Assembly (NCBI GenBank): GCA_049322655.1
Contig: JBMORP010000006.1
Location: 320,410 to 384,409 of the forward strand
Reading direction: 5' to 3'
Origin: Patescibacteria group bacterium
GTDB lineage: Bacteria; Patescibacteriota; Microgenomatia; UBA1400; PJMF01
Length of the DNA stretch: 64,000 nt
Part shown: positions 1 to 9,459 of the stretch, in pieces
Layout of the letters: each line of letters begins with the position of its first letter
Numbering within the stretch: position 1 is the stretch's first letter
The notes under the pieces: generated by a model
Told to the model about the DNA's origin: nothing
Database searches by the model: none
The model's input: the letters and a program-made list of their open reading frames with translations, nothing else
Program-made: the position numbers and the translations under genes

Positions 1-1268
1 TTCTCCATTTGACCACCCCAAAGCTCACCAATTTCATTACCAATAATTTCACTAACTTCAAAACCTGTATTAATCTTGGTTTGTGGATTAGCGTATAAAA
101 TTATTCCTTCTGTATCCGTAATCACAATTTGATCAGAAGCATTTTCCACAGCTAATAAAAATTTTTGTAAATCCTTATTTAAATTTTTAGCTAACTCTTC
201 AGCCCTATCTCTCAAGCGCTGCATATTAAAAATAATCAAGGCCAACAAAAAAGAAATTAAATTACCCAAAGCTAGAACTATTAAAGAAATTATCTTGCCA
301 GATAATGGAAAAACTTGATTTAAATCTGAAAAAAAAGTAATTGACCAATTTCTACTACCAATACTAACTAAAGACTTATGTACTGGGTAAATTGCTAAAT
401 AGTCTTGTTGATTGTCTAAAACACCTTTTTTATCAATAAATGAAAGCAGCTCTTCATTATTAAGATTATCAACTACTTGCATAGCTTTAATATCTTGAAG
501 TTGGGTAGTAGTGACCACTTCTTTGAAAAAATCCTTAGCTCTCACTATAACTTGAATTACCCCAATAAAGTTTTCTCGCCTTAGTTCTAAAGATTTAAGA
601 TCTGCATCAGTTTTATAAATGGGTAACATCATTAAAAATGATTTTTCATTGGGATGATCTGTTAATAAATGAATTGGCTCAGTAACTACCAAACCATTAG
701 TGTCTCTAGCCTTCTCAACTGCTAAGCTCCTACTTTCTTCAGCAGAATAGTCATAACCAAACACCGGACTATTCTCATTAAATGGTTCTAAGTAATGGAC
801 TATGTAGTGATCTTTTTTATCACTAAGCAACTTGGTGGTAAATTCTGGATAACCTTTATCAGACAATGATTTATCTAATCTGACTGATCTCTCATAACTT
901 TTAATATTTTCATTGTTAACCAACTTAATTAAAGCTAAACTACTGATAGCCGGGAAATTAGCTTCTATCTCCAAAGAATGATAATAATCACGCCATTCAT
1001 TTCTATCAACAAAATCACTTGAATTTAAAAATCCTCTAGCCGAAATAAGAATTGTTTCATAATTAGCTAAATGTTGCTTAATGGTATTGGTAATTGTTTG
1101 AGATTCAATAGTAAAATCATTCTGTTTTCGCTGATTCTCTATCTTGGCAATATCCTGAATTACAAGAACAAAGATAGCAATAGAAATAAACTGAAAAACA
1201 AAAAAAACTAAAAAAGGTAACTTTAATTGATGAAAAATTTTTGTGTGGGCAGTAATTAGCGAAAACAT
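1..1268 (-). CDS. CHASE + PAS sensor protein (probable histidine kinase), N-terminal part; runs off window start
   Basis: Not in the ORF track. Manual translation from ATG at 1268 gives a TM helix, a CHASE-like region (ARGFLNSSDFVDRNEWRDY...YLEPF...FGYD...ARDT), a second TM, then a PAS start (AVENASDQIVITDTEGIILYANP). Confidence 0.8.
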   Translation of the reverse strand, partial: MFSLITAHTKIFHQLKLPFLVFFVFQFISIAIFVLVIQDIAKIENQRKQNDFTIESQTITNTIKQHLANYETILISARGFLNSSDFVDRNEWRDYYHSLEIEANFPAISSLALIKLVNNENIKSYERSVRLDKSLSDKGYPEFTTKLLSDKKDHYIVHYLEPFNENSPVFGYDYSAEESRSLAVEKARDTNGLVVTEPIHLLTDHPNEKSFLMMLPIYKTDADLKSLELRRENFIGVIQVIVRAKDFFKEVVTTTQLQDIKAMQVVDNLNNEELLSFIDKKGVLDNQQDYLAIYPVHKSLVSIGSRNWSITFFSDLNQVFPLSGKIISLIVLALGNLISFLLALIIFNMQRLRDRAEELAKNLNKDLQKFLLAVENASDQIVITDTEGIILYANPQTKINTGFEVSEIIGNEIGELWGGQME

Positions 1269-1275
1269 GGTTATC

Positions 1276-2289
1276 TTAAGGTAAAAACTCGTTTGTCTGA
1301 ATAAGATTCAAATCTAAATCATGTTTGATAAAGCCTTTTTCAACCATCTCTGTATAAAGCTGCAACCAACTATAATAGTTCATAGAACCAATGCTAGTAT
1401 TTGAATCTGGCTGAATTAATGGCTGACTTTTTTTCAAAATATATCTTTGATATTCTTCATTCAAATAAGAAGAATTAGTCACATATTTCATAGTATCTTT
1501 GATAGCCAATTCATTATCTTTAAAAGCTAACTCCCAACCCTTAACAGTAGCTGCCAAAAAATCACGAATTAATCCTGGGTTATTTTTTATTAATTCATTC
1601 CTAACAACAATTACATCATTATAAATATTAATTCCATATTCTTCTGGGTAAATAATGTTGTAACTTATATTCTGTTGATCAAAAAAGAATAGTTGATCTG
1701 TTCTATACAGAACATTAACATCAACTTTTTGTTGAAGGTCTTCCAACTCTTTAGTTTTAAAGTCTAAAGAAACTAAGTTAACATCTTCGAGTGATAAGCC
1801 AACCGAGTTTAAGAGCAAAGCATAAAAAATCTCTTCTTCTTTTTTGCCACCTTTATTACCCAGAGTTTTGCCAACGAAATCAGCTGGATTTTTAATTCCA
1901 GAGTCAGTTAAGGAAACTAAGGCAAAAGGAGAAAATTGATAAACAGTAGCGACAGCTGTTATTTCTGCCCCACTATCAACTGTTATCAGAAACTCTTCTG
2001 CACTCATTAGTTGAATATCTGTTCGGCCACTAATTAAGTCATCAGAGAGATTTGTTTCAAAATCAAATTCTTTAAAATTTACATCAAGGCCATTGCCACC
2101 ATAAAAACCTTGCTCTTGAGCAACAAACATTCCAGCAAATTGGGCTTGATTAACCCACTTTAACCCAACTGTAATCTCTGTTTTTCTACCAAAAAAATAA
2201 TACCAAATACTTAGCATAAACAACAAAAAAGCTAAAACCATGGATAAAGATACAGGAAAAAGTTTATTTACTTTCTTCATTGATTTCAT
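1276..2289 (-). CDS. NMT1/THI5-like substrate-binding protein
   Basis: LKWVNQAQFAGMFVAQEQGFY motif; N-terminal membrane anchor; ends 8 nt before the sensor gene start. Confidence 0.85.
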   Translation of the reverse strand: MKSMKKVNKLFPVSLSMVLAFLLFMLSIWYYFFGRKTEITVGLKWVNQAQFAGMFVAQEQGFYGGNGLDVNFKEFDFETNLSDDLISGRTDIQLMSAEEFLITVDSGAEITAVATVYQFSPFALVSLTDSGIKNPADFVGKTLGNKGGKKEEEIFYALLLNSVGLSLEDVNLVSLDFKTKELEDLQQKVDVNVLYRTDQLFFFDQQNISYNIIYPEEYGINIYNDVIVVRNELIKNNPGLIRDFLAATVKGWELAFKDNELAIKDTMKYVTNSSYLNEEYQRYILKKSQPLIQPDSNTSIGSMNYYSWLQLYTEMVEKGFIKHDLDLNLIQTNEFLP

Positions 2290-2319
2290 AATAGCTGAAT
2301 TTATGGCATACTGGAAGAT

Positions 2320-4374
2320 GTGTTTAACTACATAAAAAACCCTTTTATCGTTCTTCTTTTAGTGACTATTTTTTCCAAAATAAATACTAATCTTGTTCTA
2401 GCTGCTCCTTGTGGCAATGGAGTTTGCCAGGCTTCTCAAAATGAAAACTGTCTTACTTGCTCTAACGACTGCGGAACCTGTCCTGTGCCAACTCCAACTA
2501 GCCAACCAACTCCTATTCCAACCACCTCTCCAACCAATCCCCCTCAAATTTCAGCCACACCTCAACCATCACCAACCAACACTCCATCAGCTTCAATAAC
2601 ACCACAGCCTTCACCCACTAGTTCAGGACCAACCCCAACTAGTTCTCCAACATCATCAATAGAACCCAGTAACTCAACCAACAACTTCACCACTGAAAAG
2701 ATTTATTACCCAAGCTTAAGCATTGCTAATTTCCCTAGCATCAATAATACTGGAATTATCTCTGGACAAGGTGCAACTAGTATTGAAGTAGGTACAGTTT
2801 CTAGAGTTGAGTATTCTTTTACTGAAGGTAGAGAATGGTTTTCATTACCTGTAAATAATAACCAATTTAATTTTTTAATTGATGATTTGAGCCATGGTTT
2901 ATATAGTTTTCAATTCAGAGCCATCAGTGACAAAAATATTTTTACTCCAACAAATAATTATTTAAAATATCCTCTAGCTGTTTCTTTAATTCCACCACAG
3001 GTTAGTTTTGACCAAATTAGTTATGATGAAACAAATAAAAGCAAAAATCCAAAAATTTCTGGGAAAATAGCAACTTTTTTATCTGAAGTTAGGTCTTTAG
3101 CTTATAGTTTGGATAATGGTAACAACTGGATTAGTTTACCAGCAACTAATAACTTTGATTTTAAATTACCACAATTAGAAGATGGCAATTATAATTTGAT
3201 TATTAGAGTTTTAGACACAGCAGGTAATGAAATCTTTAGCGATCCATTGGAAGTAATAATCGACACCATTCCACCTACTTTTGGTGGGATGTCTTTGACT
3301 GCTGGAAGACAAAGTCTTGATGATCTAAGTAGCAACTTACAAATTTTTCCCACTAACACCTTTGATGTTTTTGTTAGTTTAAAAGGTGGTGTTACTCAGG
3401 CTGAAATTATTATTGGCAACAAAAACTTTGCTCTGAAACCAAAGCCTGGTAACAGAATTTGGACTGCCAAAATTGATAACCTAAATCCAGGAGAAGATTT
3501 GTTAATTTTAAAAGCAAAAGATGGAGCAGACAATCAACTAACCAAAAATCTAATTAATTTAACAGTTAACCAACCTCAACCAATAATTGATGTTGAAACT
3601 AAAGAATTATTGCAAAACGTTACTGCTACTGTTTACTATTTTGATCCTATCAAAAATAAACCAACTCTTTGGGATGCAACTGCTTATGGTCAAACAAATC
3701 CACAAACCATTGATAATTACTTAGGGATGATCCTTCCTCAAGGTAAATATTATATTAAATTTGATCACCAGCAATATCCAACTGTCCAAACAAATATTTT
3801 TGAGTTGAATCAATCAACTCTTATTTCTTTTCCTGTTTATTTCAAAAAAGAACAAAATTTTATCAAAAAATTATTTTTTAAATGGTGGCCACAACAATTA
3901 AATCTAGATAATGAAGATTTAGTTTTCAAATCAACTGTGTCCGCTCAACCTGTCAATGAAAAAGATACAAAAACAAGTTCAGATTCATTTACCTTTGTTG
4001 ATGTTTTTTCTAAACAAGATTTAAATTCAGAAAATCTGCAACCCAATACTTTATTAATTTTCCTTGCACCTTGGACAGATGATTCTTTGGTCACCATTTC
4101 CTATCTAGATCAATATCTTAAAATTAATGAAAAAAATCGCTCTAAATTAAAAATTATTTTCCCTCACGAATCTGTTGGCTCTACCTTGGCTTTTATTAAT
4201 CGAGGACGTTATGATTTACCAATTTACGTTGATCCAGATGGAACAAATATTGAGCTTTTTAACCTCACTTATTTGCCGCAGGCCTTCTTGATTGACCAAA
4301 ATAAACAAATTAAAACTACAGTTTTGGGTAAAAAATCAATTTTAGAGTTAGTAGAAAAAGTCTTAGAAAACTAG
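2320..4374 (+). CDS. Secreted multidomain surface protein (Cys-rich motif, Pro/Thr linker, Ig-like repeats, C-terminal thioredoxin-like fold)
   Basis: Signal peptide; CGNGVC..ENC.TC..DCG.C; PT/PS repeats; repeated YS.D.G..W and D.AGN...IDT.PP motifs; C-terminal region resembles TlpA/AhpC (FLAPW...DPDG...F.L..LP..FLID). Confidence 0.65.
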   Translation: MFNYIKNPFIVLLLVTIFSKINTNLVLAAPCGNGVCQASQNENCLTCSNDCGTCPVPTPTSQPTPIPTTSPTNPPQISATPQPSPTNTPSASITPQPSPTSSGPTPTSSPTSSIEPSNSTNNFTTEKIYYPSLSIANFPSINNTGIISGQGATSIEVGTVSRVEYSFTEGREWFSLPVNNNQFNFLIDDLSHGLYSFQFRAISDKNIFTPTNNYLKYPLAVSLIPPQVSFDQISYDETNKSKNPKISGKIATFLSEVRSLAYSLDNGNNWISLPATNNFDFKLPQLEDGNYNLIIRVLDTAGNEIFSDPLEVIIDTIPPTFGGMSLTAGRQSLDDLSSNLQIFPTNTFDVFVSLKGGVTQAEIIIGNKNFALKPKPGNRIWTAKIDNLNPGEDLLILKAKDGADNQLTKNLINLTVNQPQPIIDVETKELLQNVTATVYYFDPIKNKPTLWDATAYGQTNPQTIDNYLGMILPQGKYYIKFDHQQYPTVQTNIFELNQSTLISFPVYFKKEQNFIKKLFFKWWPQQLNLDNEDLVFKSTVSAQPVNEKDTKTSSDSFTFVDVFSKQDLNSENLQPNTLLIFLAPWTDDSLVTISYLDQYLKINEKNRSKLKIIFPHESVGSTLAFINRGRYDLPIYVDPDGTNIELFNLTYLPQAFLIDQNKQIKTTVLGKKSILELVEKVLEN

Positions 4375-4408
4375 GATAATGAAACAAAATAAGGAAATAT
4401 AAAAATAT

Positions 4409-5986
4409 ATGATTGCAACACTCTTTGCTGTTAATCTCCATTTCGGATTATATGTATTAGGTGCGTTGATTCTTTTTTCTATCGGCTGGTTATACCTTGA
4501 TTCATGGAAAAATACTCACAAGAATGGTTTTACTTTTTTTTATATTTTAGGTTATATCCTTCTGGCCATAGGCTGGCTAGGAAAAGCTGTTCAAAACACT
4601 ACTCCAGTTATTAATGCAACTGTAGAAATAGTTAATATTTTAGGATTAAATATTATTCTTTCGGGACTAATCATTGAACCACTTCTTAAGCCTCCGTCAC
4701 AAAAAAAAGTTCTTAAAATAAGCTTAGTTATCCCAGTTGCTCTACTAGGTTGGATATTTATTCCTCCAAAAATTTTATTATTAGCTGCAATCACTATTTT
4801 GTACTTAATCAAAATTAATCGTGGCTACCAAAAACAACTTAAATTTGCAGCTATTGGGTTCTTTTTATTAACCATTGCTTCTATTTTGGAACTACAAGAA
4901 CCACTAGTAAAAATTAGTAACAATGTAGTTTTGGAACAATTACTAACAAATTATGGAATTTTTTGGTATTTACATAAAATATTTTTATTTTTAGGAATTA
5001 CTAGCTTAATAGCCTGGAGCTGGAGCTACCTTAGATTTAGGTTTCAATCACAACTTTTTTTATCTCTAACAAGTGTGGTAGTAGTTATTTTTTTGACAAC
5101 GACAACTGGTTTCACCTGGTTGTTACTACGTAATTTAGAAACAACCATTTTAAGTGGCTTGAAAACAAATATCCATGTTTTTGAATATGCTTTAGAGAAA
5201 AATCAACTAGAACAACTAGCAATTAATAAAAGCATTGCTGCTAACTCACAGCTACCAGCTGCTATAAATAATGAGTTAACTCCAAACCAGATCTCAGAGC
5301 TAACCAGCCAGTTGATGTTAAACAATCAAGCTAGCTTCTTACACTTAATTAACTCTAATGGTGAAGTTGTTCATCGAGTAGAAAATGAGTCACGAAGTGG
5401 TGATTCTGTTGCTGATGAACCAATGATTAAAAAAGCTTTGGCCGGTTACTCACAAAGTGCAATTAGAATTGATCATAGTTTAATGACTCCTCAACTATTA
5501 ATTGAAGCGGCCTCACCGATCTTCGATATAGATGGAAAAAATGTTATCGGAGTAGTCAGTTCTGGCTTTAGTATTGATAACGCTTTTGTTGATGGTATTA
5601 AAGCTGTTACAAATCTAGAAACAACAGTTTTTGCTGATAAACAAAGAATAGCAACCACAATTACCGCCGAAGACGGAATAACTCGTTATCTGGGTACTAA
5701 TGAGAGTAATGGTGAAATTCTAAACCAAGTGTTGGACCAAGGTAATTATTTTTTAGGATCAACAAAAATTATTAATATTCCTTATTATGTCGCTTATGCC
5801 CCGCTAAAAGATTTAAATAGCCAACCAATTGGAATGTTAGCTGTTGGCTCACTTCAAACTAACTTAGAAAATTTGACTGCAGAATCAATCCGTTTAACCT
5901 TTGCAGTAAGTGCTGGCTTGATTGTAATTAGCGTTGCTCCTATCTATTTTTTTTCTAGAAAAATAGAAGAGTATTTAGTAACCTAA
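4409..5986 (+). CDS. Multi-TM membrane protein with Cache-type sensor domain and no output domain
   Basis: About 8 N-terminal TMs; FVDGIKAVTNLETTVF...RIATTI...R.LGT and YYVAYAPLKD...IGMLAVG (Cache-like); ends shortly after the last TM. Confidence 0.7.
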   Translation: MIATLFAVNLHFGLYVLGALILFSIGWLYLDSWKNTHKNGFTFFYILGYILLAIGWLGKAVQNTTPVINATVEIVNILGLNIILSGLIIEPLLKPPSQKKVLKISLVIPVALLGWIFIPPKILLLAAITILYLIKINRGYQKQLKFAAIGFFLLTIASILELQEPLVKISNNVVLEQLLTNYGIFWYLHKIFLFLGITSLIAWSWSYLRFRFQSQLFLSLTSVVVVIFLTTTTGFTWLLLRNLETTILSGLKTNIHVFEYALEKNQLEQLAINKSIAANSQLPAAINNELTPNQISELTSQLMLNNQASFLHLINSNGEVVHRVENESRSGDSVADEPMIKKALAGYSQSAIRIDHSLMTPQLLIEAASPIFDIDGKNVIGVVSSGFSIDNAFVDGIKAVTNLETTVFADKQRIATTITAEDGITRYLGTNESNGEILNQVLDQGNYFLGSTKIINIPYYVAYAPLKDLNSQPIGMLAVGSLQTNLENLTAESIRLTFAVSAGLIVISVAPIYFFSRKIEEYLVT

Positions 5987-5994
5987 AAACTGAT

Positions 5995-6486
5995 TTATAA
6001 ATCTTCAACAGTGACTTGGACTTTGTCAGATTCAATTTTATCTTGATTTAAGTGTTGAGAATCTTCATTTGAAGCTGGCTTAATTTTTGTTTTAACTTGC
6101 AATACTTCATGAGTATATCCAGATATAATTTCATTAACCTTTTGAACAATCTCTTTTGGAGTATAACTGGCCTTAACTAGATAAGCCACTGCCCCAGCCT
6201 CAAGTGCTGCTTCACTATCTTTTTCGCTACTACCAACATTGGTTAACATTACAACAGGAATAGACTTATGTTTTTCATCAGCCTTTAATTTTTTTAATGT
6301 CTCTAAGCCATTCAACTCTGGCATCATGACATCTAATAAAATTACTTCTGGTTTAAAATTATTTAGTTGATCAAAAAGTAAATTACCATCACTAGCAGTT
6401 ATAACTTGATGTCCATCAAGTTCAAACTTTTTTTGATACATTCTGATTAATAATGGGTCGTCATCGACAAGGAGAATTTTTGCCAT
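5995..6486 (-). CDS. Single-domain response regulator (CheY-like receiver)
   Basis: ILLVDDD, LLDVMMPELNG, VVMLTN, AYLVK motifs. Confidence 0.92.
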   Translation of the reverse strand: MAKILLVDDDPLLIRMYQKKFELDGHQVITASDGNLLFDQLNNFKPEVILLDVMMPELNGLETLKKLKADEKHKSIPVVMLTNVGSSEKDSEAALEAGAVAYLVKASYTPKEIVQKVNEIISGYTHEVLQVKTKIKPASNEDSQHLNQDKIESDKVQVTVEDL

Positions 6487-6538
6487 ATCTCAACTTTAGC
6501 ACATCTTTCTATCTACTTCAGCAACAACTTTATAAACT

Positions 6539-7336
6539 CTATATTGGCCTGCGAATCATTAAGTAAACTCGACCGTGATCAGTAGAAAAAGTAAGATTAA
6601 TAGAATAGTCTCCATCTTGCCATTTCATTAGACCAGTTTTTTCATCAAAACTATAATTTGTTTGAAGCTGATATTTTTCTTGATAACTTTTAATCAAGTT
6701 AGCTCTCTCTTTAGTTTCTGCTGACAAGGAAAAATATTGCCAATACTCTACTTCACCACCTTTTTGGTTCAATAAACCAAAACTACTTTCATACTCAACC
6801 AACGATTCATCTAAAGCAACAAGTTCTGGGTAATCTTGAAAATAACGATTAGCTTTTTGATATTCAGCTGTTGGTAAATAAACTTGGAGATAAGCATAAT
6901 TCTGTGGGTTATTACCATAATGTGAGGCAGAAACTTTATACTTACCGATTTGCCCCTCGATTGTTTCTGGTGAGGTTGCAATTTCATTAACTTCACTCAT
7001 TAGCGAACGATAATAAGCTAACAGTTCTGTTGGGTTAGCCTCTGTTTCAAAAACAACATTGTAATAATTAACTGGTTGGCCAAAATAACCAGCAAAGTTA
7101 TTAGGATCATCGTTAACAAAAAACTTAGAAGCACTTACTTTTTTTAATTTATACAATGGCACTGTTTCCACTGGATAATCAGCTAACAAATAATTTTTTT
7201 CACCAAGATTAGAAGTAGCCTGTTCCGTCTTCATTGCTGAACCATTACTAGAATCTTTAAAATAAAAACGACCTAACAAACCAGCACTTAATAAAATCAA
7301 TAAAATAACCACAACCAAAGATTTTTTAGTTTTCAT
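6539..7336 (-). CDS. Hypothetical membrane-anchored exported protein
   Basis: Long ORF; probable start MKTKK at 7336 followed by a hydrophobic anchor. Confidence 0.6.
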   Translation of the reverse strand: MKTKKSLVVVILLILLSAGLLGRFYFKDSSNGSAMKTEQATSNLGEKNYLLADYPVETVPLYKLKKVSASKFFVNDDPNNFAGYFGQPVNYYNVVFETEANPTELLAYYRSLMSEVNEIATSPETIEGQIGKYKVSASHYGNNPQNYAYLQVYLPTAEYQKANRYFQDYPELVALDESLVEYESSFGLLNQKGGEVEYWQYFSLSAETKERANLIKSYQEKYQLQTNYSFDEKTGLMKWQDGDYSINLTFSTDHGRVYLMIRRPI

Positions 7337-7395
7337 AGTTAAGACTAATTGTAACAGCAAAACTCACTAGGTTGTATAATACCAACCTTACTAAG

Positions 7396-8181
7396 ATGCC
7401 AATAACAAAAGAGCAACTTCAATATGTAGCGCTAGACGACCAAGGAGCCGGTAGGTGTGGGATTGGTGAAGCCACTTTGGGTAGCTTTCTTGGTAAAACA
7501 GGCCAGGATGAAACAACAACTCCTGAGACTGAAAAGACTTCTCAAAATTTATTTGCCAATATTATGCGTGCTGGAATAAACCCACCAGATTCCGGTAGAA
7601 CGGAGCTCCATCCTTTAGTCACTGATTTAATCAAGAAACAATTTGGCATCGAGTTCGCTGATAAAAAAATTCACTTGCTTAGACCAGACGATGTAACAGG
7701 TAAATCGCTAGTCATGGTTTTATCAACTGATTTAGATTCAGTCCCAGCTTATGTTTTAACCCAAGCTTTTGATGTCTTACATGCACCAATCAGAGACCCT
7801 TTCCCTAATCTAGAACAAGACCTAGGTTCAGCTGCTGCTCAAATATATTTTTATGCATTTTTACTAGCTTATGTAGTTGAAAATCGCTTTGAGGAACTAG
7901 GAACAAGTCGAGATGAACAAGGCAGAATTATTCCTCGTAACTTATTAAATTTCCATCCAGCTGAATGGGAAAAAGAGTTTTTTGCCGATATTTTCGGGCT
8001 AGCAACAATCAAACTCCCAGCTTCAGGAATGACGATTTTATTAGAAAGAAGAACAACCACAGAGTTTGACTCTTTGGGCAAGGAGCCCCCAGAAAATCCT
8101 GGAAGATCTTTTTTTGATGATGAATGGGGTGAACAATCACTACTATCTAAACCTGGATCATTTTTGGGGGGGAGATTTTAA
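7396..8181 (+). CDS. Degenerate LMW-PTP/ArsC-fold protein
   Basis: VALDDQGAGRCGIGEA resembles the C-x5-R loop but lacks the first Cys; AGINP...HP...GI and a late DP motif; ATG at 7396 lies downstream of a TATAAT. Confidence 0.45.
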   Translation: MPITKEQLQYVALDDQGAGRCGIGEATLGSFLGKTGQDETTTPETEKTSQNLFANIMRAGINPPDSGRTELHPLVTDLIKKQFGIEFADKKIHLLRPDDVTGKSLVMVLSTDLDSVPAYVLTQAFDVLHAPIRDPFPNLEQDLGSAAAQIYFYAFLLAYVVENRFEELGTSRDEQGRIIPRNLLNFHPAEWEKEFFADIFGLATIKLPASGMTILLERRTTTEFDSLGKEPPENPGRSFFDDEWGEQSLLSKPGSFLGGRF

Positions 8182-8226
8182 ACCAACCAACCAAAACTCT
8201 GATTAAAAATTGATATAATCTGCTTA

Positions 8227-9429
8227 ATGAATGACTTCCCACCAACCACCACAGTTTTAGATCTATCTGCAAAAAACCTTGATCAGCTACCTCAATGGGT
8301 AACAACCTTAAAAAACTTAAAAGTTCTATTTCTATCAAATAATAATTTTAAAAAAATTCCTCAAGAAATCAACCAATTAGAAAACCTAGAATTTCTGGGA
8401 ATGAAATCATGCCAATTAACAACCTTAGAGATTAATTCAATACCAAAAAATATTAGGTGGCTAACTTTAACTGATAATAAAATTAACAAAATTCCTAAAG
8501 ACATTGGTCAACTTGAAAAGCTTGAAAAGCTACTTTTAGCTGGGAACCAAATTACAGCTATACCTGAAGAAATCATTGATTGTAAAAACCTAGCTTTACT
8601 AAGAATTTCAGCCAATAAATTAAAAAAATCACCATTTTCCCTAATTAAAAAACTGCCAAATTTGGCCTGGTATGCTGATGCTGGCAATCCTTTTTCTTTG
8701 AAAAAAACACATCAAGAAATAAATATTCCCAAAATTAATTGGGCAGATATAAAAATTAAATCAATGTTGGGAGCAAGCGCTCAAAATAAAATTTACCAAA
8801 CCTCAGTTAAAGGCCTAAAAGATGAAGTGGCAATCAAAATCTTTGGCAGTAAAATCAGCAGTGACGGTTACCCACAAGATGATTTAATCATTAGTATCTT
8901 AGCTGGCAAACATCCTAACATTATTGAGACACTTTTTGAAATAACTGACGAACCAACTAACAAATTTGCTATCGCTCTAAAAAAAATAGACAAAAAATTT
9001 TTAAACTTGGGTTTCCCTCCCAGTTTTGCTACTTGCTACCGCGATACATTTGCCGAAAATCAAAAATTTACAAGTAACTTTATTTTAAAAGTATTACAAC
9101 AGGTTAGTTCTGCTTATACACACCTACATCAACTAGGAATCATGAATGGAGATTTATATGCTCACAACATTTTAACAAAGCCAAATGGAGAAACCTACCT
9201 TGGTGATTTTGGAGCTGCTTCTTTATACGATAAAGATCTCGAACCAGAAAGAGAAGCAATTGATGTTAGAGCCTTTGGTTTTTTGATTGCAGACTTACTT
9301 GATCATACTGCAGCAGTAGAAACAGAAAATTACCACAAATTAGAACACCTCAAAAATCTTTGTTTAGCAACAGAAATAAATAAAAGACCAACTTTCAAAA
9401 AAATTAATTCAATTTTAAAAAATATTTAG
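8227..9429 (+). CDS. Leucine-rich repeat protein kinase family protein
   Basis: N-terminal LRRs (LxxLxLxxNx); C-terminal kinase motifs VAIKIF, NGDLYAHNIL, DFGAAS. Confidence 0.88.
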   Translation: MNDFPPTTTVLDLSAKNLDQLPQWVTTLKNLKVLFLSNNNFKKIPQEINQLENLEFLGMKSCQLTTLEINSIPKNIRWLTLTDNKINKIPKDIGQLEKLEKLLLAGNQITAIPEEIIDCKNLALLRISANKLKKSPFSLIKKLPNLAWYADAGNPFSLKKTHQEINIPKINWADIKIKSMLGASAQNKIYQTSVKGLKDEVAIKIFGSKISSDGYPQDDLIISILAGKHPNIIETLFEITDEPTNKFAIALKKIDKKFLNLGFPPSFATCYRDTFAENQKFTSNFILKVLQQVSSAYTHLHQLGIMNGDLYAHNILTKPNGETYLGDFGAASLYDKDLEPEREAIDVRAFGFLIADLLDHTAAVETENYHKLEHLKNLCLATEINKRPTFKKINSILKNI

Positions 9430-9459
9430 TTTTATTTAATTAATAAAACAAACAACTAA

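Noticed and set aside
2480-2690. Repetitive CCAAC-rich DNA as a possible CRISPR or tandem array
   Set aside because: Explained by the Pro/Thr/Ser linker codons; no constant repeat-spacer period. No CRISPR array or cas gene was seen in the window.
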